The notes: generated by a model from the letters alone, not told the origin. A stretch of 12,869 nt of DNA from Nitrospinota bacterium (GCA_046581755.1 JAYGFR010000161.1:1-12869); one strand, 5' to 3'; shown: positions 1 through 7,513, numbered from the stretch's first letter. Made by a program: numbers and translations.

Positions 1-58
1 ATCTCGACAGCGCGGTTGTGTATAAAGTGTATGAGGATCGGGAAAAGAAAAAGCGGCG
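1..58. repeat. 58-bp direct repeat, copy A (truncated by window edge); att-like element
   Basis: 1..58 matches 1096..1153 at 57/58 nt (only position 3 vs 1098 differs). It contains the internal direct repeat GTGTAT-aaa-GTGTAT. Weak similarity continues to about 98 vs about 1188. Confidence 0.95.
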
Positions 59-105
59 GCGGAAACAATAGGGGCAAAAACAAGTTAAATCTTCCATTTC
101 TCCAA

Positions 106-120
106 GGCAGAAAAACTGCC
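106..120 (-). terminator. small hairpin just downstream of the response regulator stop codon (possible weak terminator)
   Basis: GGCAG-AAAAA-CTGCC perfect 5-bp stem, 10 nt after the stop codon; no strong U-tract. Confidence 0.3.
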
Positions 121-130
121 CGGCCCCGTG

Positions 131-499
131 TCAGCCAGTTAGATCGACGATCTTCGTCATGACGACCAGATTCAGGTGATCCAGGTCAATGGGCTTTTGG
201 ATGTAATCGTACGCGCCCATTTTTATCGCGTCTTTGGCGATATCTTCTTCCGCCACGGCCGTCACCATCACGACGGCGAGGTGCGGGTCGATCTCCTTGG
301 CTTTTTTCAGCGTTTCTAATCCGCCCATCCCCGGCATATTAATATCGAGAAGCATCAGGTGAGGGCGGTTCGCCTTGATCTTCTCTATCGCCTCCTCCCC
401 GCTCGGGGCGGTTTCCACCTCATAATCCTGGTCCCTTAGTTCCCTCGCGAGGAAAATGAGCACATCCACTTCATCATCTACGATTAAAATTCGCGCCAT
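131..499 (-). CDS. single-domain response regulator (CheY-like receiver, NtrC-type REC)
   Basis: 122 aa. Acidic pocket ILIVDDE, phosphoacceptor LLDINMPGMGG, conserved Thr (VMVTA) and Lys (GAYDYIQKP); no output domain. AAGGA upstream of the ATG. Confidence 0.95.
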   Translation of the reverse strand: MARILIVDDEVDVLIFLARELRDQDYEVETAPSGEEAIEKIKANRPHLMLLDINMPGMGGLETLKKAKEIDPHLAVVMVTAVAEEDIAKDAIKMGAYDYIQKPIDLDHLNLVVMTKIVDLTG

Positions 500-657
500 T
501 CATAGCCATCCTTGAGATGGTGGTCACCACATATATATACCGAAATTATGCGGCTACACTATTAATCTATTAAAATTTCCGCCATTTCCCACACATAATC
601 CGAAATCCCAGCCTCCATCTCCGGGGTCACTTTTAATGTTTGATGTACCCGCACGAA

Positions 658-663
658 ATTATA
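658..663 (-). promoter_or_regulatory. candidate -10 element (TATAAT) for the response regulator
   Basis: Perfect TATAAT on the minus strand in an AT-rich stretch about 160 bp upstream of the start; no convincing -35. Confidence 0.3.
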
Positions 664-901
664 CTATTCAAAGGTATGCGTATCGTCCATGAATTTTATG
701 AAGGACTCCGAAAATATAAAAATCCCCCCTCAACCGCCAACAGGATTTTTCGGAGGATCGTATCACCGGACTTCGCCCTCCCCTCTCCCCGGCGGGGTAT
801 GGGGTTGGACGGTTGGCGGAGAGGTGGCCGATACAGGACCCGGCCGATTCCCCAGGCCGCCAAATTTAATGATTTTTTTTAATTCCCTATAAGGGGCCGA
901 C

Positions 902-935
902 AAAAAACCCCGCAGCCGATTGACTGCGGGGTTTT
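902..935 (-). terminator. rho-independent terminator (possibly bidirectional) downstream of the orphan oxidoreductase 3' fragment
   Basis: Stem AAAACCCCGCAG (904-915) / CTGCGGGGTTTT (924-935), 8-nt loop, T6 tail on the minus strand. Confidence 0.9.
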
Positions 936-959
936 GGCGATCGGGTGGGGTTTTGCGGC

Positions 960-1103
960 CTAGCGCATTCCCGCCAACTCCTGGAGGAGGTGCCAGTTCT
1001 GGAGGCGCTCTTCCTTGGCCCGGATCAGGATCTCCGAGGGGTTGCCGTCCTTGTCGAATTGCTTGGCGAAGCAGCCCTCGGAGCGGGCTACGGTGATTTC
1101 GAC
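960..1103 (-). pseudogene. orphan 3'-terminal fragment (47 aa + stop) resembling the C-terminus of large PFOR-type 2-oxoacid:acceptor oxidoreductases
   Basis: Reads VEITVARSEGCFAKQFDKDGNPSEILIRAKEERLQNWHLLQELAGMR*, with GC-rich codon usage, and ends just before a terminator. EGxFxKxF and RLxxWxxLQELAG match my recollection of PFOR-family C-termini. The in-frame sequence upstream (1104-1244) is repeat/terminator DNA and not protein-like. Confidence 0.6.
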
Positions 1104-1153
1104 AGCGCGGTTGTGTATAAAGTGTATGAGGATCGGGAAAAGAAAAAGCGGCG
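1096..1153. repeat. 58-bp direct repeat, copy B; att-like element fused to the gene fragment
   Basis: 57/58 identical to 1..58 (offset 1095). Its first 8 nt encode V-E-I of the fragment on the minus strand. Confidence 0.95.
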
Positions 1154-1204
1154 CGAGCAAAGGCCAGGAAAAAATAAATCCGCCCCATGAGCGGCCGGGC
1201 CGAC

Positions 1205-1237
1205 AAAAAACCCCGCAGTAAAAATCCGCGGGGTTTT
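1205..1237 (-). terminator. rho-independent terminator of the korAB operon
   Basis: Stem AAAACCCCGC (1207-1216) / GCGGGGTTTT (1228-1237), extended by G-U and G-C pairs in the minus-strand RNA. T6 tail; begins 21 nt after the korB stop. Confidence 0.9.
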
Positions 1238-1258
1238 CCGTCATGTTTCGTTGTTCGT

Positions 1259-2158
1259 CTACATCGATTCCGCGAGCAACTCGTCGAACGTCTCCCGGCT
1301 TAGGCCCAAAGGCTGATCCACAAGGGCGCTTTCTTGCAGCAAGGGCTCGCTGTCGTCATAAATCGCCTTTTCCTCCCGGTAGAACAGCCCAATCGGAATG
1401 CGTTCGACGTCGTTGCTGGAGTCGCCGAACTCGAGGGACTTGTCGATTGCGGCCTTGAAGTCCATCGAGTCATAGCCTTCTTCGTCTTCCAGTGTGTAAA
1501 CGAGCTTTTTGAACCAGGGATAGGTGTTGATGGTGTTATAGGTCACGCACGGACTGAACACATCGATCAGGGAGAACCCCCGATGCGCGATGCCGTTGGC
1601 GATCATCTTGATCATGTGCCTCGGATTGCCCGAGAAAGCCCGGGCCACGTAGCTGGCGCCCGCCACCAGGGCAAGGGCGAGGGGGTTGATCGGCTTTTCG
1701 ACGTTGCCGCGCGGCGTACTCTTGGTCTTGTGGCCCTCGGTGGTGGTGGGTGATGCCTGACCTGTGGTCAGCCCGTAGATTTGGTTGTTCATGACGATAT
1801 AGGTGATGTTCAGGTTTCGCCGCATCGTGTGGAGGAAGTGGGAGCTACCGATTCCGTAGCCGTCGCCGTCGCCGCCGACGGCCAAAACGTGCAGGTTGTG
1901 GTTGGCAAGCGCAATGCCGCTGGCCACGGGCAGGGACCGCCCGTGCAAGCTATGAACGCCGTAGGAGTGAATAAAGCCCGGGAGGTTGGACGAGCAGCCG
2001 ATGCCCGATACGACGAGTATATCGTGGGGCTGGATGCCCAGCTCCAGGACGGCGGCCTTGAGCGATTTTAGAACGGCGAAGTCGCCGCAACCCAGGCACC
2101 AATCGGGATCTACCAGGCCTTCGTAGCTGCTAAGAGTCAACTCCTGAATTACCGACAT
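1259..2158 (-). CDS. korB: 2-oxoacid:ferredoxin oxidoreductase, beta subunit (TPP- and [4Fe-4S]-binding)
   Basis: 299 aa. WCLGCGDF, SGIGCSS, HSLHGRSLP, TPP motif GGDGDG...NNQIYGLTTGQASPT, and SPCVTYN. RBS GAGGAG. Substrate specificity cannot be determined from the sequence. Confidence 0.95.
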   Translation of the reverse strand: MSVIQELTLSSYEGLVDPDWCLGCGDFAVLKSLKAAVLELGIQPHDILVVSGIGCSSNLPGFIHSYGVHSLHGRSLPVASGIALANHNLHVLAVGGDGDGYGIGSSHFLHTMRRNLNITYIVMNNQIYGLTTGQASPTTTEGHKTKSTPRGNVEKPINPLALALVAGASYVARAFSGNPRHMIKMIANGIAHRGFSLIDVFSPCVTYNTINTYPWFKKLVYTLEDEEGYDSMDFKAAIDKSLEFGDSSNDVERIPIGLFYREEKAIYDDSEPLLQESALVDQPLGLSRETFDELLAESM

Positions 2159-2238
2159 CGTATTGCTCCTCTAATTAATGATCATTTAATCGTATCAATC
2201 GGCCGTAAGCGCGGTCTAGCGCTCCTCGCGCACAGGGC

Positions 2239-4242
2239 TCATCCCTCGGCGGCCACCGGCTCCCACGCATGGATGGAGCCAGTCTCCTTGCCGACGATGA
2301 GCTTGCCGCGCGGGTCGAGCTCGGCCCGGTCGATGATTTCGATATCCCATACGGGCTCGCCGTAGCCGTTTTTCGCAACCTCGACCAGGCGGCTCGGGCG
2401 CGCTTTGTCCTTCAAATGGATCCGGATGAAGTGGTAGGCGATCTCCTGGGCTTCCGCCTCGGCAACCCGCCCATCGTAGGGCCGCCCTTCCACAATGTCC
2501 CGCACCCGGTGTGTGATTTCGGCGGGCTCGAAAGGCTCTCCGTCGTACTTTGTAACCAGGTGATCGGTGGAATATCCGCTCTCCGCCCGGAGATGACGGG
2601 CGAACTGGCCGCTGTAGTTGCACTCTACCACAACGGTCCTTCGGCAGGCCTCCAGGATTTCTCTCGCCTCCTTGGAATGGAACGGATGGAGATATTTGAA
2701 ATGCAGATGATTCGTCCGGATGCCCGACTCGGTCAATTGGGCGGCGGCCTCGTGAATGACCCCCCAGGTGGAGCCCCAACCGATAAGAGTGACGTCGGCG
2801 TCGGCCGGACCCTCCAAGGCTGGCGGAGGAAGCTTGGCCAGCACCCCAACCATCTTGCGCATGCGTTTTTCTTGCATCTTACGGCGGATGGCCGAATTGG
2901 TGTGCTCGTCGCTGATGAGAACGCCCTGCTCGTCGTGCTCATCGGTGGCCGAGACGTGGACCGCCCCCGGCGTGCCCGGAATGACCCGGGGAGAAACCCC
3001 CGACGGGGTCATGGCATACCGCTTGTAGCCGTTTTTGTCCCCGGCGGCAGATGGAGACTCCCTCAAAAGCTCGCCGCGCTCGATGGGAACATCGGGCGTG
3101 AGCGCCTCGGGATCGACCGTGGAGCGGTGCTCACCCAGCATGAGGTCGAGGAGGATGATGACGGGCAGCTGAAAACTCTCGGCGAGGTTTAAGGCCTCGA
3201 CACCGGCGTAGTAGCAATCGGTCGCGTCCTTTGGAGCCATGATGACCCGCGGGAAGTCGCCCTGGGAGGCACCGATGGCCTGGTTCAGGTCACCCTGCTC
3301 GGTCTTGGTGGGGATCCCAGTGGAGGGGCCACCCCGCTGGACATTGATGATGACCACCGGGGTTTCGATCATGCCGGCCATGCTTACGGCCTCGGTCATT
3401 AGCGCGAATCCCCCCCCGGAGGTCGCGCACATGGACCGCACCCCGGCGTGCCCCGCGCCGATGGCCAGATTGACCACCGCAATTTCGTCCTCGGCCTGCT
3501 TGACCAACACGCCGCACTTCTCGCTGTGGCTGGCGAGCCAATGAAGGATGTAGGTAGCGGGGCTCATGGGGTAGGCGGAGTAGAACTTAAGGCCCGCAGC
3601 CACCGCGCCCATCGCGATCGTATGATTGCCGGTGACGAGTGGCCGGCGCTTGCGGGAGAACGTCCAGTTGTCGTAGCCGAGCGGTTTCAGCTCGTTCACC
3701 GCATAGTCGTAGCCGACCTTGAGCAAATTGACGTTCTTCTCGATGACCTCACCGCTCTTGTGGCTGAAGATCTCCGCGATCAACCCGGTGGTGACCTCCA
3801 GGTCGAACCCGGCCAGGTGAATCAACGCGCCCAGCGCCACGGTGTTCTGCATCACGGGGAGCAGCTGACCCAAATCCTTGGTGATATCCCTCACGGGCAA
3901 GCCCGCCACCTGCACGCCTTCGGGGACCAGTTGGGAGTCGCAAATCAGCCGTGAGCTGTTGTAAATAATCGCTCCGCCCGGCTCGACTTCGCGGGCATGC
4001 CGCTCGATGCTGTCCTCGTTGAGAGCGATCAGGACGTTCAGATGATCGCCATGGGAATGGACCTTCTCTTCCCCAATCCGCAGGCGCAACCAGGTGTGCC
4101 CACCGCGAATGAGTGATTGATAGCTGTTGTAGGCGAAAACGTGAAGTCCGAGGCGAGCGACGGTTCGGGCGAGGGTGTCTCCGGTCTTGTCCAGTCCGTC
4201 ACCGGCGGCACCTGCAATTCCTACAGTGATCTCTATTGCCAT
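2239..4242 (-). CDS. korA: 2-oxoacid:ferredoxin oxidoreductase, alpha subunit (fused gamma-alpha) with C-terminal extension
   Basis: GAAGDG, YQSLIRGGH, YPMSPA (YPITP-type), QAEDEIA, ATSGGGFALM, QRGGPSTGIPTKTEQGD, KYDGEPF. ATG 4242 (MAIEITVG) with AAGGGG upstream is preferred over GTG 4284. Confidence 0.95.
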   Translation of the reverse strand: MAIEITVGIAGAAGDGLDKTGDTLARTVARLGLHVFAYNSYQSLIRGGHTWLRLRIGEEKVHSHGDHLNVLIALNEDSIERHAREVEPGGAIIYNSSRLICDSQLVPEGVQVAGLPVRDITKDLGQLLPVMQNTVALGALIHLAGFDLEVTTGLIAEIFSHKSGEVIEKNVNLLKVGYDYAVNELKPLGYDNWTFSRKRRPLVTGNHTIAMGAVAAGLKFYSAYPMSPATYILHWLASHSEKCGVLVKQAEDEIAVVNLAIGAGHAGVRSMCATSGGGFALMTEAVSMAGMIETPVVIINVQRGGPSTGIPTKTEQGDLNQAIGASQGDFPRVIMAPKDATDCYYAGVEALNLAESFQLPVIILLDLMLGEHRSTVDPEALTPDVPIERGELLRESPSAAGDKNGYKRYAMTPSGVSPRVIPGTPGAVHVSATDEHDEQGVLISDEHTNSAIRRKMQEKRMRKMVGVLAKLPPPALEGPADADVTLIGWGSTWGVIHEAAAQLTESGIRTNHLHFKYLHPFHSKEAREILEACRRTVVVECNYSGQFARHLRAESGYSTDHLVTKYDGEPFEPAEITHRVRDIVEGRPYDGRVAEAEAQEIAYHFIRIHLKDKARPSRLVEVAKNGYGEPVWDIEIIDRAELDPRGKLIVGKETGSIHAWEPVAAEG

Positions 4243-4396
4243 TTTGTTACAGATCCCCTTTGTTGATCCATCGCCTCCGCGCACTTGAGTGATGAATTAT
4301 CCAGAAGTGAATATGCACCTGCTCCGTGGTTGCCCGCAATGAAATCGAAATGGCGTGTTAACTGAACAACAATTTACCGGCAAAAATACTCTCGGG

Positions 4397-4426
4397 ATAC
4401 TAGCACGAATCTTCAAAACATTTCAT
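4397..4426 (-). promoter_or_regulatory. candidate sigma70-type promoter for korAB (extended -10)
   Basis: Minus strand ATGAAA (4421-4426), 18 bp, then TGc-TAGTAT (-10 at 4397-4402), in an AT-rich intergenic region. Confidence 0.35.
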
Positions 4427-4568
4427 TCGCTCCGGGAGAAATATGGCAAATGGTTCAGGGATTACAAGGATTACAAGAATATTTGGTGATGTATACAATA
4501 TATTTTAACGAAATTCCGCCTGCTGGAAAGGGTTATCGTACATTCAGGACCCATCCCCGGGACGATGC

Positions 4569-6080
4569 CTATTGTTTCGAATCGGCATCAAATCCCCCGG
4601 GATCGCGGACATCCACGCTTCCCCGCAGGCCGAATAAACGCTGCATTTTTTTCCGGAATGCGGGGGTAAACAGCTTCCGGGCATAAAACATCCCGGCCGC
4701 CCTTTTGTTCACCTGGGCGAGGGTCGGATAGACGTGGATGGTCTCGACCACCTCCTTGACGTGGAGCTTCTTTCGGACCGCGAGCGCGAATTCGTGGAGA
4801 ATCTCTCCGGCCGATATGCCCACCAGATCCGCCCCCACGAGTCGTCCCCTGGCGTCGCAGACCAGCTTGCAAAATCCCGCCGTCTCCCCCTCCAGAACGG
4901 CGCGGTCGACTCGATCCATCGGAAACCGCAGCACCTGAACCTCCCCCAACGCCTCGCGCGCCTCGGCTTCGGTCATCCCCACGTGGGCTGCCTCGGGGGT
5001 GGTGTAGATCGCCCAGGGCACCGCGTCGTAGGAGGCCTTTTTTTTCAGGAATGGCACCGGAATTCCGAACGGCTCGCTGAAGAGCATGTTTCTGAGCGCG
5101 ATACCCGCCTCGTATTCGGCGACATGGGTGAACTGGAACCCCCCCCGCACATCACCGGCGGCATAGATTTTCGGGTTCGAGGTGCGCAGGGTGGCGTCCG
5201 TCTCCACCCCGCGCGGGGAGTGCTTGACCCCGGCGGCGTCCAGGCCGAGCCCTTCGATATTCGGCTTCCGGCCCACGGCCGCCAGGAGCGCATCGCAGGC
5301 ATACTCCCGGGGCCCCTGGGGCGTTTCCGCATGGATGACGGTCGTATTCCCCCGCTTTTCCACTCGGGTGATTTTCACCTCGAAATGCATGCGAAGGCCG
5401 CTCTCCAGGAGCGCCTCGCGCAAAAGATCGGCCATCTCGGGGTCGAGCCGGGGGAGGAGCTTGGGCATGAGTTCCAGGACCTCCACCTCGGTTCCGAGCT
5501 GCTGGAAGGCCTGGGCCAGCTCCAAGCCGATGGGCCCCGCCCCGAGGACGGCCATCCGCCGGGGCTGTTCGCTGAGATCGAAAACGGTTTCGTTGGTGAG
5601 ATAGAGAACATCCCGGAGGCCCGGGGTATCCGGCACGAAGGGTCCGCTTCCGGTCGCGATGAGAAACCGCCGCGCGCGAATCCTGCGGCCACCCGCCTCG
5701 AACGCATCCGGGCCCGTGAACCGCCCCTCGCCGAAGATGACCTCGATGCCCATCCCCTCGAAGCGCTCGGCCTCGTCGTGCTCACCGATGTGGGCCTGAA
5801 CCTCCTTCATGCGCCGCATGACGCGGGAAAAATCCACCCGCACCTCGCCGGTGTCGATCCCGAACTCGGGCAGCCGCCGCGCACTCGCGGCCAGCCGCGC
5901 CGCGTGGATAAGCCCCTTCGAGGGGACGCAGCCGTAATTCAGGCAATCGCCCCCCAGTTTCCCGCGCTCGACGACCGCCGCCCGCGCGCCCAGCAGGGCC
6001 GCCCCGGCCGCCGCCACCAGACCGGCCACTCCGCCTCCGATGCAAACGAGATCGAATCGTTCTTCAGGCGATGCGCCCAT
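4569..6080 (-). CDS. FAD-dependent pyridine nucleotide-disulfide oxidoreductase, mercuric-reductase-like / dihydrolipoamide dehydrogenase family
   Basis: IGGGVAG FAD motif, redox disulfide GGDCLNYGCVPSK, IATGS, GAGPIGLE NAD(P) motif, YAAGD, FTHVA and HVYPT. ATG 6080 has AGGAG immediately upstream (ORF track start is 6134). Confidence 0.92.
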   Translation of the reverse strand: MGASPEERFDLVCIGGGVAGLVAAAGAALLGARAAVVERGKLGGDCLNYGCVPSKGLIHAARLAASARRLPEFGIDTGEVRVDFSRVMRRMKEVQAHIGEHDEAERFEGMGIEVIFGEGRFTGPDAFEAGGRRIRARRFLIATGSGPFVPDTPGLRDVLYLTNETVFDLSEQPRRMAVLGAGPIGLELAQAFQQLGTEVEVLELMPKLLPRLDPEMADLLREALLESGLRMHFEVKITRVEKRGNTTVIHAETPQGPREYACDALLAAVGRKPNIEGLGLDAAGVKHSPRGVETDATLRTSNPKIYAAGDVRGGFQFTHVAEYEAGIALRNMLFSEPFGIPVPFLKKKASYDAVPWAIYTTPEAAHVGMTEAEAREALGEVQVLRFPMDRVDRAVLEGETAGFCKLVCDARGRLVGADLVGISAGEILHEFALAVRKKLHVKEVVETIHVYPTLAQVNKRAAGMFYARKLFTPAFRKKMQRLFGLRGSVDVRDPGGFDADSKQ

Positions 6081-6194
6081 CTCTCCTCTCTCTCCGGCGG
6101 CATTCTGAGCCGCCCCGCGATTTTTGAATTCCAAAATGACAACTCGCCGCTCATGGCAAGATACCCGCCCGCGGCGCGTCGAAGGGGCCAGGCC

Positions 6195-7193
6195 TTAGGA
6201 GAAATCATTCGCCCATAGTTGCCTTAATTTTTTCATGGAATCCCCCGAAAGCCCCTCCGCGCCCGAACAGGACACCGCCTCCTCCAACTGGCCCAAATGG
6301 GAAAATCCCACCAGGACGGTGGAGACGCTCTCTTTCATGAGAGCGAACCGGATCGCCGCCCGGGCGAGGGTGAGGCCCTCTTCTTCGGCGAGCCACCCCA
6401 ATTTCCCCGCGCGCTGGGCGTCCTTGTCGAATTCGGAGCCGACCGAAAGCACCGGCGGAGGCTTGTCCAAAAAACCCAGCAGCCCCGGGTTGTCCGTCAG
6501 GGCCCCCAGCGCCAGGACGCGAATTGCCAATATGCCCATCCCCCCGGCCACGGCGCGGTCCAAGAGCAATTCATAGTTCAGGGCGCTGAACGAATCCGGA
6601 ACCGGGTGTCCGGCGCTCGGGTTCAGGAGGTTGAAGTAGGATTGCATGGTGTGAAATTCGCCGCTCTCGGCCAGCCCGCCGAGAGCGCCGGGGTCGCCCA
6701 CCCCGGTAAAGCCGAAGAAGCGCACCTTCCCGCGATCCCGGAGCTCCCGAAAACCCGCCAGGACCCCTCCGGGACCGAAAACGTCCGCCTCGTCCAGAAC
6801 CAAGCCGAAAGGCCACTTCCTCTCCGGCGCGATGTAGTTGTGAATCTGAATCAGGTCCACCGAGTCCCGCTGAAGGCGTTCGAGACTCCGCTCGACCGAT
6901 GCCACCACCGCGCCCCTGGGGTCGGAAAGATCGTCCGGGCCGAGCCGAATTTTCGTGGCCAGCGTCACCTCCGCCCCGAGCGACTTCAGGGCGCGGCCCA
7001 GGTTGGCTTCGGATTTTCCGTTTCCGTACCCCATCGCCGTATCGAAAAACGTGATGCCAAGGTCCAGGGCCCCCTTCACCGCTCGAAGCTGCTCCTCATG
7101 GTCATCGCTCACCATGAGCTCGCTGATGCCGCCGGTCCCGAAAGCGATTTCCGAGACGCGGATCCCGGTCCTGCCTAGGTCGCGGTATTGCAA
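6195..7193 (-). CDS. aldo/keto reductase
   Basis: 332 aa. YRDLGRTGIRVSEIAFG; catalytic tetrad D (FDTA), Y (GYG), K (ATKI), H (IQIH); SLERLQRDSVDL. TTG start with AGGAGG 7 nt upstream. Confidence 0.95.
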   Translation of the reverse strand: MQYRDLGRTGIRVSEIAFGTGGISELMVSDDHEEQLRAVKGALDLGITFFDTAMGYGNGKSEANLGRALKSLGAEVTLATKIRLGPDDLSDPRGAVVASVERSLERLQRDSVDLIQIHNYIAPERKWPFGLVLDEADVFGPGGVLAGFRELRDRGKVRFFGFTGVGDPGALGGLAESGEFHTMQSYFNLLNPSAGHPVPDSFSALNYELLLDRAVAGGMGILAIRVLALGALTDNPGLLGFLDKPPPVLSVGSEFDKDAQRAGKLGWLAEEEGLTLARAAIRFALMKESVSTVLVGFSHLGQLEEAVSCSGAEGLSGDSMKKLRQLWANDFS

Positions 7194-7252
7194 AACGATC
7201 CCTCCTGAAGGGGAGTTTCTCGGAAAACGGCCGTAATCACGGGCGCACCGCC

Positions 7253-7276
7253 GGGGCCGGGGCCTGGGCCTGGGCC
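7253..7276. repeat. 6-bp tandem repeat (G/T)GGGCC x4
   Basis: ggggcc ggggcc tgggcc tgggcc, read directly from the sequence. Confidence 0.8.
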
Positions 7277-7513
7277 CACGACCATATTCCCTGGCGCCCG
7301 CATGATATGGAATTATGGCATTTTATCCTGCCCGGCGGGAGAATGGGAACGCCGGGCCGCGGAAACCGGGCGGGCCGCTCGACCCGAAAGAGTACGCGGA
7401 AGTTCCTGTTCCCAAGGATTGGTTCTATGAAACCTGCGTGATGGAAGTTCCGGCCGGAGTTTCCGAAGGGGGGCCCTTGCCCGACCTTTGCCAAGCCCCT
7501 GGACAACCGCGGT

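Noticed and set aside
527..556. dif/Xer site (minus strand TAGCCGCATAA-tttcgg-TATATATATGT)
   Set aside because: The XerC-like half is passable, but the XerD arm does not match TTATGTTAAAT.
945..1190. Plus-strand 81-aa ORF ending DSAVVYKVYEDREKKKRR, also seen at 1-71
   Set aside because: It is antisense to the protein-like fragment and has no RBS. The single repeat mismatch is non-synonymous in this frame but synonymous in the minus frame.
960..1244. Full 94-aa ORF as a real gene
   Set aside because: Its first half runs through the korB terminator and the 58-bp repeat; only the last 47 codons look coding.
4401..4415. Sigma54 promoter (TAGCACG-aatc-TTCA)
   Set aside because: It lacks both the invariant GG (-24) and GC (-12) dinucleotides and points away from korA.
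4569..6080. merA or lpdA gene symbol
   Set aside because: No C-terminal Cys-Cys pair or mer operon for merA; no HPTxxE dyad or E1/E2 genes for lpdA.
4734..6218. Long antisense or alternate-frame ORFs (also 2269-3192, 6297-7178, 8985-9743, 9307-10278, 10275-11258, 10951-11595)
   Set aside because: These are shadow ORFs typical of high-GC coding DNA. They overlap well-supported genes and have no recognisable motifs.
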